Source of the DNA: an uncultured Chitinophaga sp.
Lineage (GTDB): Bacteria; Bacteroidota; Bacteroidia; UKL13-3
Assembly (NCBI GenBank): GCA_964545895.1
Contig: CAZJHS010000003.1
Span: 4,421-68,420 of the forward strand
Length of the DNA stretch: 64,000 nt
Direction of reading: 5' to 3'
The notes beneath the pieces were generated by a model. It searched no databases. It worked only from the letters and a program-made list of their open reading frames with translations, and was not told the DNA's origin. The position numbers were made by a program, and so were the translations under genes. Shown here piece by piece: positions 36,347 through 46,515 of this stretch (positions are counted from its first letter, which is position 1; every line of letters begins with the position of its first letter).

Positions 36347-38023
36347 ATGATACGCAAAAATGTAATTTTAGTAAGCCTGTTTACCCTATTGGTAAGCCTA
36401 CTACACGCACAAACAGCAAAACCCATTAAAGCCAAACTTGATCGTGCAACCGTGTACTTGCAAGGTGCGCATTTATATTACTCCGAATCGGTGCTACTTA
36501 AAACTGGTTACAACGAGTTAGTTTTCGAAAACATATCACCCCAAATAAACGTAGCCTCGCTACAAGCATACAGCAAAGGTGGTGTGGTAATGGATGTAAA
36601 GTATGATTTAAAGTATCGCGAAAAACCAGTAGTTACCCGAACCTACGATGCTGAAATTGCCCGTGTACTCGACTCGATTGAAGAGGTGGCATTTATTTTA
36701 ACAGACCTTACCAACCGCGAGCAAGTAATTGCTACCGAAAAAAGAATGCTGCTTAATAATCCTATTATAAAAGGTTCAAGCAACAAAGATTCTATTCCTA
36801 TTTTAAAAGATGGTATGGCCTTTTTGCGCGAAAAGCTAAACAATATTTATGATGTAGAATTGAAGTTAACACGACAAAAAAGTAAACATCAAAAAATTAA
36901 AAATAGGCTTGATGCGCGCTACAACGAACTTATACAATTACAAGAAAACAATGGCGAAATAGACATAGAAAGTACTCAACCTATATCGCAAGTTAAGGTT
37001 AACCTATACAGCGAAAACGCAGGCACTGCAACAGTAAACTTTAATTACTTTGTTGCACAAGCCAATTGGTATCCTTTGTATGATATTCAAGCATCATCAA
37101 CCCAAAACAAGTTACAGCTAAAGTATATGGCCAATGTTAGTCAAGGTACAGGAATTGATTGGAAAGGAGTTGCGCTTACGCTAAGCACATCAAACCCACA
37201 AGAAAATAATACCAAACCCGAGTTAACACCTTGGTATGTTTCGTTTATTGCACATGTGCGCAAAGCCCCAGTAAAATATTTACAGCGCAACAGCATGCTT
37301 GATGTGGAAACCGTTACCGCTGCGCCACGAATGGCTAGTAAAAGTAAGGCAGAAGAAAGTCATTCGGCCGATGAGTTGGATATGAATAATTATGTTGCGG
37401 TAACCGAAAACTTAATTAGAACCGAGTATGAAATTAAGTTAAACTACAACATTCAGTCCGACAACCAACCGCATAAAGTAATTATTAACCAACGCGATGT
37501 GCCTATGCAATTGCAATTTGCTGCTGTACCTAAAATTTGTACCGATGCTTATTTGATGGCCAACATTACAGGCTGGGAAGATTTAAATATTATACCCGGA
37601 AACTCTAGGTTATTTTTTGATGATGCCTTTGTTGGTGAAATGTACCTAAACCCACAAGGAACAACCGATACGGTAAGTATTAATTTAGGGCGTGATAAAG
37701 GTATAGCCATTACCCGCAAAAAAATAAAAGATAAAACTAAAACCAAATTACTGGATAATGAAAAGGTAGAAACGCGAAGTATGGAAATCGTGGTGCGTAA
37801 CACTAAAAGCATAGGCACCGAAATTGTGGTAGAGGACCAAATTCCTGTGGTATCTGGCACTGATGAGATTAAAATTAACTTACTAAATGGCGATGGTGCC
37901 GAGCTTGATCCGTTGACAGGGAAACTCATTTGGCGAATTAAATTAGGATCAAAAGATACCAAACGACTGGTATTTACTTACGAAATTCGTTATCCAAAGG
38001 ATAAAGTTGTATACGGCTTGTAA
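36347..38023 (+). CDS. DUF4139/DUF4140 (MuiA-like) domain protein
   Basis: 558 aa with a signal peptide. The N-terminus is LDRATVYLQGAHLYYSE. The family assignment is from memory. Confidence 0.65.
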   Translation: MIRKNVILVSLFTLLVSLLHAQTAKPIKAKLDRATVYLQGAHLYYSESVLLKTGYNELVFENISPQINVASLQAYSKGGVVMDVKYDLKYREKPVVTRTYDAEIARVLDSIEEVAFILTDLTNREQVIATEKRMLLNNPIIKGSSNKDSIPILKDGMAFLREKLNNIYDVELKLTRQKSKHQKIKNRLDARYNELIQLQENNGEIDIESTQPISQVKVNLYSENAGTATVNFNYFVAQANWYPLYDIQASSTQNKLQLKYMANVSQGTGIDWKGVALTLSTSNPQENNTKPELTPWYVSFIAHVRKAPVKYLQRNSMLDVETVTAAPRMASKSKAEESHSADELDMNNYVAVTENLIRTEYEIKLNYNIQSDNQPHKVIINQRDVPMQLQFAAVPKICTDAYLMANITGWEDLNIIPGNSRLFFDDAFVGEMYLNPQGTTDTVSINLGRDKGIAITRKKIKDKTKTKLLDNEKVETRSMEIVVRNTKSIGTEIVVEDQIPVVSGTDEIKINLLNGDGAELDPLTGKLIWRIKLGSKDTKRLVFTYEIRYPKDKVVYGL

Positions 38024-38185
38024 TGCAGTACCACAGCCCGAATAACATAAATACCGTTTGAACACCTAAAGTGCAGATTAAATAAAAATTAAGTTGTTTT
38101 AATCTATTTTTATATATTTGAGTGTGTTAAAGTTACAATACTTTAACATGTGTTTACAAACTAGACCCCCTCTAATGCTAGTAAT

Positions 38186-38218
38186 AAAAAGCCCGGTAGA
38201 TGAAAATCTCCGGGCTTT
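38186..38218 (-). terminator. Rho-independent terminator of dxs
   Basis: Stem gcccgg / ccgggc, with a T-run on the minus strand. Confidence 0.65.
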
Positions 38219-38242
38219 AATATTTTAAACAGTTTAGTTAAA

Positions 38243-40165
38243 CTATGCCGAAACCGGCTCTATTATTAAACTACGAACTGTTTTCATAATGGCGTTTACA
38301 TCATAACCACACTCTGCATAAAGCTCATTTGGTTCGCCATGTTCTACTATACTATCTGGCATACCCAACATTTTTACCTGAAGGCTATATTGGTTAGCTG
38401 CCATAAACTCAAGCACCGCACTACCAAATCCGCCAACTATAGTTCCATCTTCAATGGTTATTACCTTTTTGTACAACATACAAACCTCGTGTAGTAAGGC
38501 CTCATCAATTGGTTTTACAAAACGCATATCGTAGTGGCCTACTTTAATGCCTTCAGCAGCTAGGTTATCAATGGCTTCGGCAGCCATATTACCCACGGTA
38601 CCAAAACTCAATATCACCACATCATCGCCCGAACGAAGTTTACGACCTTTACCCAATTGCATTTCTTTAAAAGGTGTGCGCCACTCGGGCATTACACCAT
38701 TACCGCGTGGGTAACGAATACTAAACGAGCCCGCATTTTTAGGCAAAGAAGCGGTATACATCATATCACGCAACTCTTCCTCGTTCATGGGTGCCATTAC
38801 AGTAAGATTTGGCACACAACGCATATATGGAATATCTATCATGCCATGATGTGTTGGACCATCAGCCCCGGCAACACCAGCTCTATCCATACAAAGTACT
38901 ACATGTAGTTTTTGTAAAGCCACATCATGCACCACTTGATCGTAAGCGCGTTGCATAAACGATGAGTAGATGTTACAGAAAGGTATCATACCTTGAGTAG
39001 CCAATCCTGCGCTAAATGTTACCGCATGTTGCTCAGCTATACCTACGTCAAATGCACGTTTAGGCATTGCTTTCATCATAATATTCATCGATGAACCTGA
39101 GGGCATTGCAGGTGTAATACCTACAATTTTATCATTCATTTCGGCCAACTCCACTAAAGTATTACCAAACACATCTTGGTATTTAGGTGGTTGCGGTTTA
39201 TCTGGTACTGTTTTATAAATTTCACCCGTAACCTTATCAAACAAACCCGGTGCATGCCACTTGGTTTGATCTTTTTCGGCAAGTGCAAAACCTTTACCCT
39301 TAACTGTTACACAATGCAACAATTTAGGACCAGGAATTTTCTTTAAATCGTTCATTACCTTAACCAAATGGTTCACATCATGGCCATCAATAGGTCCAAA
39401 ATATCTGAACTTTAACGATTCGAATAAGTTACTGTGTTTTAGTAATCCACCTTTTAAAGTATCGTGTACTTTAGCAATAATATCTTGCGAAACATGACCT
39501 ACTTTGTTCAATTTATCTAAGGCCTTCCACACATCATCTTTAAACTTATTGTAAGTTGGCGATGTGGTAATATCTGTTAAATACTCTTTTAAAGCACCCA
39601 CATTTGGGTCAATACTCATGCAATTGTCGTTAAGTACCACAATTACGTTACTATCTTCAACGCCAGCATGATTAAGCGCTTCAAAAGCTAAACCTGCTGT
39701 CATGGCACCATCACCAATAACAGCTACATGTTGCCTATCTAACTCGCCTTTTAAGCGGCTAGCTACTGCCATACCCAATGCTGCAGAGATAGAGGTAGAC
39801 GAGTGACCAACGCCAAATGTATCGTATTCGCTCTCTGAGCGTTTAGGAAATCCGCTAATACCTTTATAAATACGGTTGGTATGAAAAACATCTCTGCGGC
39901 CTGTTAAGATTTTATGGCCGTATGCCTGATGCCCAACATCCCAAACCAATTGATCGTAGGGAGTATTAAATGCATAATGCAGCGCTACAGAAAGTTCAAC
40001 AACTCCTAAGCTTGCACCAAAGTGGCCTCCATAAACAGAAACCGTATCAATTATATATTGCCTTAAATCGGCACAAACCTTCACTAAATCTTCTTCTTTA
40101 ACCTTACGTAAATCAGCAGGATATACAATTGGCTCTAAATACTTCCCGGGTTTAATTTCCATCAT
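38243..40165 (-). CDS. dxs: 1-deoxy-D-xylulose-5-phosphate synthase
   Basis: 640 aa with GHFGASLGVVEL, the TPP motif IGDGAMTAG...NDN, and the HQAYGHKILTGR motif. Confidence 0.95.
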   Translation of the reverse strand: MMEIKPGKYLEPIVYPADLRKVKEEDLVKVCADLRQYIIDTVSVYGGHFGASLGVVELSVALHYAFNTPYDQLVWDVGHQAYGHKILTGRRDVFHTNRIYKGISGFPKRSESEYDTFGVGHSSTSISAALGMAVASRLKGELDRQHVAVIGDGAMTAGLAFEALNHAGVEDSNVIVVLNDNCMSIDPNVGALKEYLTDITTSPTYNKFKDDVWKALDKLNKVGHVSQDIIAKVHDTLKGGLLKHSNLFESLKFRYFGPIDGHDVNHLVKVMNDLKKIPGPKLLHCVTVKGKGFALAEKDQTKWHAPGLFDKVTGEIYKTVPDKPQPPKYQDVFGNTLVELAEMNDKIVGITPAMPSGSSMNIMMKAMPKRAFDVGIAEQHAVTFSAGLATQGMIPFCNIYSSFMQRAYDQVVHDVALQKLHVVLCMDRAGVAGADGPTHHGMIDIPYMRCVPNLTVMAPMNEEELRDMMYTASLPKNAGSFSIRYPRGNGVMPEWRTPFKEMQLGKGRKLRSGDDVVILSFGTVGNMAAEAIDNLAAEGIKVGHYDMRFVKPIDEALLHEVCMLYKKVITIEDGTIVGGFGSAVLEFMAANQYSLQVKMLGMPDSIVEHGEPNELYAECGYDVNAIMKTVRSLIIEPVSA

Positions 40166-40302
40166 AAATCTATTAACATGTTAAACCAATAATTGTTTAA
40201 CACTGGTTAAACTTATTTAGTTTGATCTTGTTTTAACAAACGGTAAAATTACCGTTTTGGTTTAAACTATAAAAATAAAAGTGCTGTTGCTGTGGTTTAA
40301 AC

Positions 40303-40330
40303 AAAAAAATGCCCCGATTAACGGGGCATT
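40303..40330 (-). terminator. Rho-independent terminator of the usp gene
   Basis: Stem gccccg / cggggc, with a 7-nt T-run on the minus strand. Confidence 0.7.
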
Positions 40331-40342
40331 AGTGGTAATGTT

Positions 40343-41152
40343 TTATAGCCTTGCGTCTGTAATAATTAAATCGTCTCTGGTAGGAACAATTAATACCGGA
40401 ACAGGAGAGTTATTAACCATTTGTTGGGCAAATTTGCCTAAAAAGAAAGAGCCAATTTGTGGTTCTTGTTCGGTCATAATAACAATTAAATCAGCTTCTA
40501 TCTCCTCGGCATAGGCAATAGTTACATTGGTAATATTACCGCCCAAGCGCGATTCTTGTGTACAAGCAATTTTGTGATCTAAAATGCTATCCTTGGCTTG
40601 GCGTGTATAGTTACTTACTATGTGTTCAGCTTCTTTATCTTTTCCGGTTGATACACCAATAATATGAATACTTGCCTGCAAGTTTTCGGCAAGATTAATG
40701 GCTGTTGGCACTTTTTGGCGCGATTCAAACGAAGTATCCATTGGAAGCACTATTTTCTTGAAATTAGTACTTCTTGCGCCCTCGCGAATGGTAAGTACTG
40801 GGCACTTGGCCGAACTAACTACTTTATTTGCATTGCTACCCAACCAAAACTCCTGAAATCCAGTTGAACCGTGTGTTCCCATGATAATTAAATCAACACC
40901 TAAATCTAATGATTTAATGATGATTTCCTTGTAAACACTTCCTTTACTTTCGCTGTAGGTGTGCACAGTTCCATTTAAAGCAGCGGCCACATTACTTTTA
41001 ACATCCTCAGATGTAGAAGATGTTTCGGCAACGTGATGAACATACAGGGCGGCTTTGTAAGCATTAGCAATAGTTTGCGCTGCTTTTAAAGCTACAGTAG
41101 AATATTGGGAAGCATCAACAGGTACAAGAATTTTTGAAATATTGGTACTCAT
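40343..41152 (-). CDS. Tandem-domain universal stress protein (UspA family)
   Basis: 269 aa. It has two Usp halves, each with a GxHG...G motif (IIMGTHGSTGF) and a PVL(T/I)V ending. Confidence 0.8.
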   Translation of the reverse strand: MSTNISKILVPVDASQYSTVALKAAQTIANAYKAALYVHHVAETSSTSEDVKSNVAAALNGTVHTYSESKGSVYKEIIIKSLDLGVDLIIMGTHGSTGFQEFWLGSNANKVVSSAKCPVLTIREGARSTNFKKIVLPMDTSFESRQKVPTAINLAENLQASIHIIGVSTGKDKEAEHIVSNYTRQAKDSILDHKIACTQESRLGGNITNVTIAYAEEIEADLIVIMTEQEPQIGSFFLGKFAQQMVNNSPVPVLIVPTRDDLIITDARL

Positions 41153-41213
41153 AACTGTATAGATTTATTGAATACAATCTACAACAATTAATGAACAAAA
41201 CCAAACAAAACCT

Positions 41214-41996
41214 TTATTGACCTGTAAATGACGGTTTACGTTTTTCGTTAAATGCGGCTACACCTTCTTTGTAATCAGCACTTCTACCCGCAATTTCTTG
41301 GCAGTACGCCTCGTATTGCAACATGGTATCTAAATCGCTATTAAACGATTTGTTCAACATTTTCTTCATTAAACCAATGGCCTTTGTTGGTGCTTGCGCA
41401 TAGTACGAAGCAATTTTCATGGTCTCTTCGTCTAACTCTTCAGGTTTTACAACACGGTTTACCATGCCCCAATCGTATGCTTGTTGGGCGGTAACTTTAC
41501 TTCCCATGGTTGATAACTCAAACGCACGTGCAGAACCAACTAAGCGTGGTAAAAAGTAACTTGATCCTGAATCTAACACTAAGCCAACATTCACAAAAAC
41601 TTCGATTAACGAAGCATTTTCGCTGGCCACAATCATATCACAGGCTAATGCCATGCTGCAACCCGCACCTGCTGCTACTCCATTTAATTTACAAATAATT
41701 GGAATTGGCAAATTGCGCATTGCTTTAATCATAGGGTTGTAACGCTTGTACAAACTATCGCTTAACGAACGATTTTTTGCACCTGCAATAGATTTTAAAT
41801 CTTGGCCACTGCAAAAAGCTTTTCCGGCTCCTGTTAAAATAACTACGCGTATTGATTTATCTCTGTCAATCTTTTTCAATGCATCAATCACATCAAAGCT
41901 TTGTTGCTCGTTAAATGCATTAAATACATCAGGTCTGTTAAGGGTTAATGTGGCAATGCCATTGTTTACTTCAAAAAGTATGGTTTCGTATTGCAT
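41214..41996 (-). CDS. Enoyl-CoA hydratase/isomerase family protein (PaaG-like)
   Basis: Motifs ATLTLNRPDVFNAF, LTGAGKAFCSGQDLK and NGVAAGAG. Confidence 0.85.
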   Translation of the reverse strand: MQYETILFEVNNGIATLTLNRPDVFNAFNEQQSFDVIDALKKIDRDKSIRVVILTGAGKAFCSGQDLKSIAGAKNRSLSDSLYKRYNPMIKAMRNLPIPIICKLNGVAAGAGCSMALACDMIVASENASLIEVFVNVGLVLDSGSSYFLPRLVGSARAFELSTMGSKVTAQQAYDWGMVNRVVKPEELDEETMKIASYYAQAPTKAIGLMKKMLNKSFNSDLDTMLQYEAYCQEIAGRSADYKEGVAAFNEKRKPSFTGQ

Positions 41997-42020
41997 AAAA
42001 TAAATTGCGTTTTTAATCTG

Positions 42021-42845
42021 TTAATTTAACTCGTTACCTACACTAAACAATTTAGTAAATACATGCTTAGTTTCGGGGGTGGCAAGTTCATGTTTTTTTT
42101 GCAAAATAAATATGCGCTTGTTCTTTAATTTTCTCACATACTTTATCATTTGGTATGGCGGAGTTATGGCATCCTTTTTACCAACAATCAATACTACTTT
42201 TATGTTGTGATGATCAAGCAGTTTAGCAAACTTTGAAAAATTGGTGGTAAGTTTACGCTGAGCCAACCATGTTTTAAAAACTTTTTGTATGCGCTCTTGC
42301 TTGCCTACAAACTTACTGGTAAATACATATACACTTCGGTTTAAAATTTTGAGCTTATGCAAGCGCTCAACCCAATTTAATAATGCACCAGGCGTGTTTG
42401 CAAAATATTTAAATGCCGCTAAACCAACAGGATTATTAGTAGTGAAATTAAGAAACCTATTAAACGAAAATGTAGGTGGTGAAAGCAAAATAAAATAATC
42501 AATTCGTGCCGCAAAATTACGAACCAATGCCCGCGCCAACCTGGCCCCCATACTAAACGATAATACAGAAAAACGTTGTGCATGAAGGTTTTCTTGTCTG
42601 GCAATTCCATCCAACAATTCTTTCATGTGCAAATCAGTAAAATCAAAAGGTTCGTGCCATTCACTGCTTCCATGCCAAAAAAAATCGATGGCAATAATGG
42701 TAAATCGTTCGCCTAACACGTCTTCAAAATATGCATACTCAGCGCCTGTTTGTCCATAACCATGAAAAGCCACCAAAACCTCGCTACCAGTACCTATACG
42801 GTGGTACGATACTATTGAATTTTTGTACTTAAATTGGTTTTGCAT
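42021..42845 (-). CDS. Alpha/beta hydrolase
   Basis: It has VAFHGYG and a nucleophile elbow SFSMGA. Confidence 0.7.
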   Translation of the reverse strand: MQNQFKYKNSIVSYHRIGTGSEVLVAFHGYGQTGAEYAYFEDVLGERFTIIAIDFFWHGSSEWHEPFDFTDLHMKELLDGIARQENLHAQRFSVLSFSMGARLARALVRNFAARIDYFILLSPPTFSFNRFLNFTTNNPVGLAAFKYFANTPGALLNWVERLHKLKILNRSVYVFTSKFVGKQERIQKVFKTWLAQRKLTTNFSKFAKLLDHHNIKVVLIVGKKDAITPPYQMIKYVRKLKNKRIFILQKKHELATPETKHVFTKLFSVGNELN

Positions 42846-42924
42846 AGCTACTGCGTTTAATGTTTACCTTCATTTTTTATGATTACATAAACGCCTTTAT
42901 TCTGCATAATCTTATCTTTACCGC

Positions 42925-44256
42925 ATGGCTAAATTAGACATTGCAAAAATTACGGAGTTTATTACCCATGATATTTGGCACGTAAAGTTAGATAAATTTC
43001 CGCGTTGGCAGCGCAGCAGCATTAAAATATTACGCATTATTATTTTAGCTGTAAAAGATTTTGGAAAGAAAAAACTGGCCTTGCGCGCATCGGCACTTAC
43101 ACTTTTTAGTATAATGAGTATTGTGCCTGTGGTTGCCATGATTTTTGGTATTGCACATGGCTTTGGTATTGAAGATTATCTTGACAAACAACTAGAGGGT
43201 ATTTTAGGTACACAACCCGTAATTTTAGAAAATGTAACTGCCTATGCACACAACTTACTAGGTAACACCAAAGGCGGAATAATTGCCGGTTTAGGTTTTA
43301 TTATTTTACTGTGGAGTGTAATACAAGTTTTAGGCAATGTAGAAGATGCCTTTAACTCTATTTGGTATATAAACCAACCACGTACTTGGGCCCGCAAATT
43401 TACCGATTACCTATCCATTATGTTGGTGGCTCCTATCTTCATCATTATATCAGGGGCGGCTAATATTTTTATTACCACACAGGTACAAAACTTGGTAACA
43501 CAGCTTAGCTTTTTAGGCACTGCAATTACCGAAACTATTATTATTTCGTTGCAAGTATTACCCTATTTAACCACCAGCTTGCTGTTTGTATTTTTGTATT
43601 TAGTAATGCCTAATACAAGCGTTAAACCACGTGCAGCAATAACTGCTGGTATTATTGCTGGTGTTATTTTTCAAATATTTCAATGGGCCTACATTACCTT
43701 TCAAATTGGTGTTTCTAGTTACAATACTATTTATGGTAGTTTTGCTTCAATACCCTTATTTATTACTTGGCTTCAGTTTAGCTGGATTATTGTGCTTATT
43801 GGTGCCGAAATTTCATACAGTGTACAAAACATAGCCTTGTTTGAAGCCGAACAACAAACAGGAAACATTAGCCATAAAATGCGCATGCTGTACAGTTTAT
43901 ATATTTTAAATTTAGTAGCTAAACGCTTTAAAAAGGCGCTCCCACCGCCCGATGCAGTAGAGATTGCTACAAAATTAAACTTGCCTTTAAACTTGTGCAG
44001 GCAGTTGTTAGATGGTATGCAGCGCTGCGATTTAGTTGCCAAAACTGTTGAAAACGATAAACGTAAAGAGTATTGCTATGTACCTGCTGTTGATACAAGT
44101 TACCTTACCCTTTCATACATAATAAATAAGCTTGAAAGTATGGGTGATTTAAAGAAACATGAGGCCGAAGTATTACACCAAATTAAAGTTAATTACTTGC
44201 AGCTAGAAGAGGCCATGAGTGCATCATCAGCCAATAAAAATATTTTAGATTTTTAG
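42925..44256 (+). CDS. YihY/BrkB family membrane protein with a C-terminal extension
   Basis: It has ASALTLFSIMSIVPVVAMIFGI, multiple TM helices and YGSFASIPLFITWLQFSW. Confidence 0.85.
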   Translation: MAKLDIAKITEFITHDIWHVKLDKFPRWQRSSIKILRIIILAVKDFGKKKLALRASALTLFSIMSIVPVVAMIFGIAHGFGIEDYLDKQLEGILGTQPVILENVTAYAHNLLGNTKGGIIAGLGFIILLWSVIQVLGNVEDAFNSIWYINQPRTWARKFTDYLSIMLVAPIFIIISGAANIFITTQVQNLVTQLSFLGTAITETIIISLQVLPYLTTSLLFVFLYLVMPNTSVKPRAAITAGIIAGVIFQIFQWAYITFQIGVSSYNTIYGSFASIPLFITWLQFSWIIVLIGAEISYSVQNIALFEAEQQTGNISHKMRMLYSLYILNLVAKRFKKALPPPDAVEIATKLNLPLNLCRQLLDGMQRCDLVAKTVENDKRKEYCYVPAVDTSYLTLSYIINKLESMGDLKKHEAEVLHQIKVNYLQLEEAMSASSANKNILDF

Positions 44257-44257
44257 C

Positions 44258-44824
44258 ATGGAAGACATTAGCCCCGATATGGTGCTGTACGCATACAGCA
44301 TTGGTGTTTTTCCTATGGCCAACAACGATGAAGAAAACAGTATTTACTGGGTTGAACCAGAGTTAAGAGGCATTATTCCGTTGGATGAATTTAAAGTGAG
44401 TAAATCACTAAAACAAACCTTGCGCAGCGGCAAATACCGGGTAACAATTAACCAAAATTTTGAAGGAGTAATGCGCGGTTGTGCTAACCGAGAAGAAACC
44501 TGGATTAGTGAAAAAATTATAGAAGTATATTGTCACCTTGCCGAAACCGGTTACGGATTTAGTTTTGAAACTTGGAATGATAAGAATGAACTAGTAGGCG
44601 GGTTATATGGAGTAGCGATGGGAAAAGCTTTTTTTGGTGAGAGCATGTTTAGCACACAAACAGATGCAAGCAAAGTAGCTTTATATTGCTTGGTGCAATG
44701 GATGAAAGAACATCATTTTATGTTGCTAGACACACAATACATTACCGACCATTTAAAAAGTATGGGAGCTATTGAAATTGACCGTGCGGCATATTTAGCC
44801 TTATTGGCTGATGCCCTTGCCTAA
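44258..44824 (+). CDS. aat: Leucyl/phenylalanyl-tRNA--protein transferase
   Basis: Motifs YSIGVFPM, YWVEPELRGIIPLDEFKVSKSL and GESMFS. Confidence 0.9.
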   Translation: MEDISPDMVLYAYSIGVFPMANNDEENSIYWVEPELRGIIPLDEFKVSKSLKQTLRSGKYRVTINQNFEGVMRGCANREETWISEKIIEVYCHLAETGYGFSFETWNDKNELVGGLYGVAMGKAFFGESMFSTQTDASKVALYCLVQWMKEHHFMLLDTQYITDHLKSMGAIEIDRAAYLALLADALA

Positions 44825-44878
44825 CAATACAATTTAAGAATTGATTAAGCGTTTGTTTAACTATACTTGAAGCTAATT

Positions 44879-45580
44879 ATGATGATGAAAAAATACTTGC
44901 TTTTTTTGCTGATATGCTTGGCTGCTGTAAATTTTGCAACTGCACAAAAAGATACATCAAGCACGCCTTATGAAGAAAGTACAGAAACAGAAGGTGAAGA
45001 TGATGGCCCCATTGAATGGCTTAAAGGCAACATGAATGAGGATAGAAAATTTGGTGTGAAGTTAGGTGTGGGATTAAGCACCATGTTGGGTGGCGAATTA
45101 AATAATCCAAGGCCAAAATTTGGCTTAAGTGGAGCACTGTATTATAGGTATAAATACAAACCCAAAGCAGCCATCCAAACCGAACTAATTTTTAGTGTTA
45201 ACGGAAGTAATTTTGCTAACAAAGTTGGCGAGTACGAAACCATACAAGCATACTACTTAGGTGCACCAATTATGTGGGTTCGTTCAATTAATGAAAAAAA
45301 CACCAGCCATATTATTGTAGGATTGCAATATGCCCGATTGATCAATGCATCCTTATACGTTAATCCTAATCCATTGCCAGAATCGCAACAGCCCAAACTA
45401 AAAAAAGACGACCTAATGATACTAGCAGGAACCCAATTTTATGCTGGATTTGTAGGCTTTCAGCTTGTGGCTAAGTATGGTTTAGTGAACATTAACAACG
45501 GTTTAATAAGTGGATTAAATCCTCCTTTAAAAAACAAGGATATTCATAACTTTGCCCTCGAAGTAAATTTCCTTTTTTAA
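44879..45580 (+). CDS. Outer-membrane beta-barrel (PorT/porin-like) protein
   Basis: It has a signal peptide from the ATG at 44879, alternating beta-strand patterns and a terminal aromatic residue (EVNFLF). Confidence 0.6.
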   Translation: MMMKKYLLFLLICLAAVNFATAQKDTSSTPYEESTETEGEDDGPIEWLKGNMNEDRKFGVKLGVGLSTMLGGELNNPRPKFGLSGALYYRYKYKPKAAIQTELIFSVNGSNFANKVGEYETIQAYYLGAPIMWVRSINEKNTSHIIVGLQYARLINASLYVNPNPLPESQQPKLKKDDLMILAGTQFYAGFVGFQLVAKYGLVNINNGLISGLNPPLKNKDIHNFALEVNFLF

Positions 45581-45586
45581 AACTTT

Positions 45587-46444
45587 TTGTGCCAACTATT
45601 AGGCAACAATTTAATACCAAATACCGTGAATAGAAGCGAGCTAGTAAATCAGATTAAACAAAAAAAGAGCTTTTTATGTGTTGGACTTGATACCGATATT
45701 AAAAAAGTTCCACCTCATTTATTACAAGAAGAAAATCCGGTATTGGCCTTTAACAAAGCTATTATTGATGCTACCAAAGATTACTGCGTAAGTTACAAAA
45801 TTAACACTGCTTTTTACGAAGCCGAAGGTGTTAGTGGTTGGCAAACCATGCAGGATACTCTAAACTATATACCTGAAAACATTTTTACTATTGCCGATGC
45901 CAAACGTGGCGATATTGGCAATACCAGCGATATGTACGCGCGTGCATTTTTTAAGCACATGAATTTCGATTCGGTAACACTTGCACCATACATGGGACAG
46001 GATTCTTTATCTCCGTTTTTTACCTACACTGATAAGTGGGGCATTGTGTTGGCATTAACATCAAACCCAGGTAGTGCTGATTTTGAGCAACAGCAAGTTG
46101 GTGAAAACAAATTGTACGAACGCGTAATAAAAAATTTTTCATCAATGGCAACTGACGAACAATTGATGTTTGTAGTTGGCGCAACTAAGCCTCAAGAGTT
46201 AGGCGAAATACGTAAGCAAGTTCCAGGGTATTTCTTTTTGGTACCAGGAGTAGGCGCGCAAGGCGGAAGTTTAGTTGATGTTGCACAATATGGCATGAAC
46301 AAAGATTGCGGCTTATTAATTAACGCATCGCGCAGTATTATTTATGCAAGTAGCGGAACCGACTTTGCACAAAAAGCAGCCACAGAAGCAAAATTGATGG
46401 CCGATGAAATGGCTACTTTGCTACAACAACACGGTGTAATTTAA
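45587..46444 (+). CDS. pyrF: Orotidine-5'-phosphate decarboxylase (type 2)
   Basis: Motifs FLCVGLDTD and IADAKRGDIGNTS. The exact start is uncertain: the track gives a TTG at 45587. Confidence 0.9.
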   Translation: MCQLLGNNLIPNTVNRSELVNQIKQKKSFLCVGLDTDIKKVPPHLLQEENPVLAFNKAIIDATKDYCVSYKINTAFYEAEGVSGWQTMQDTLNYIPENIFTIADAKRGDIGNTSDMYARAFFKHMNFDSVTLAPYMGQDSLSPFFTYTDKWGIVLALTSNPGSADFEQQQVGENKLYERVIKNFSSMATDEQLMFVVGATKPQELGEIRKQVPGYFFLVPGVGAQGGSLVDVAQYGMNKDCGLLINASRSIIYASSGTDFAQKAATEAKLMADEMATLLQQHGVI

Positions 46445-46515
46445 ACTGCGCAGCAATTGTGCCGCAGCAAATCTCTTTTTGTTTTGTTCGGGTAAAACAG
46501 TAATTTCACTTTGCT

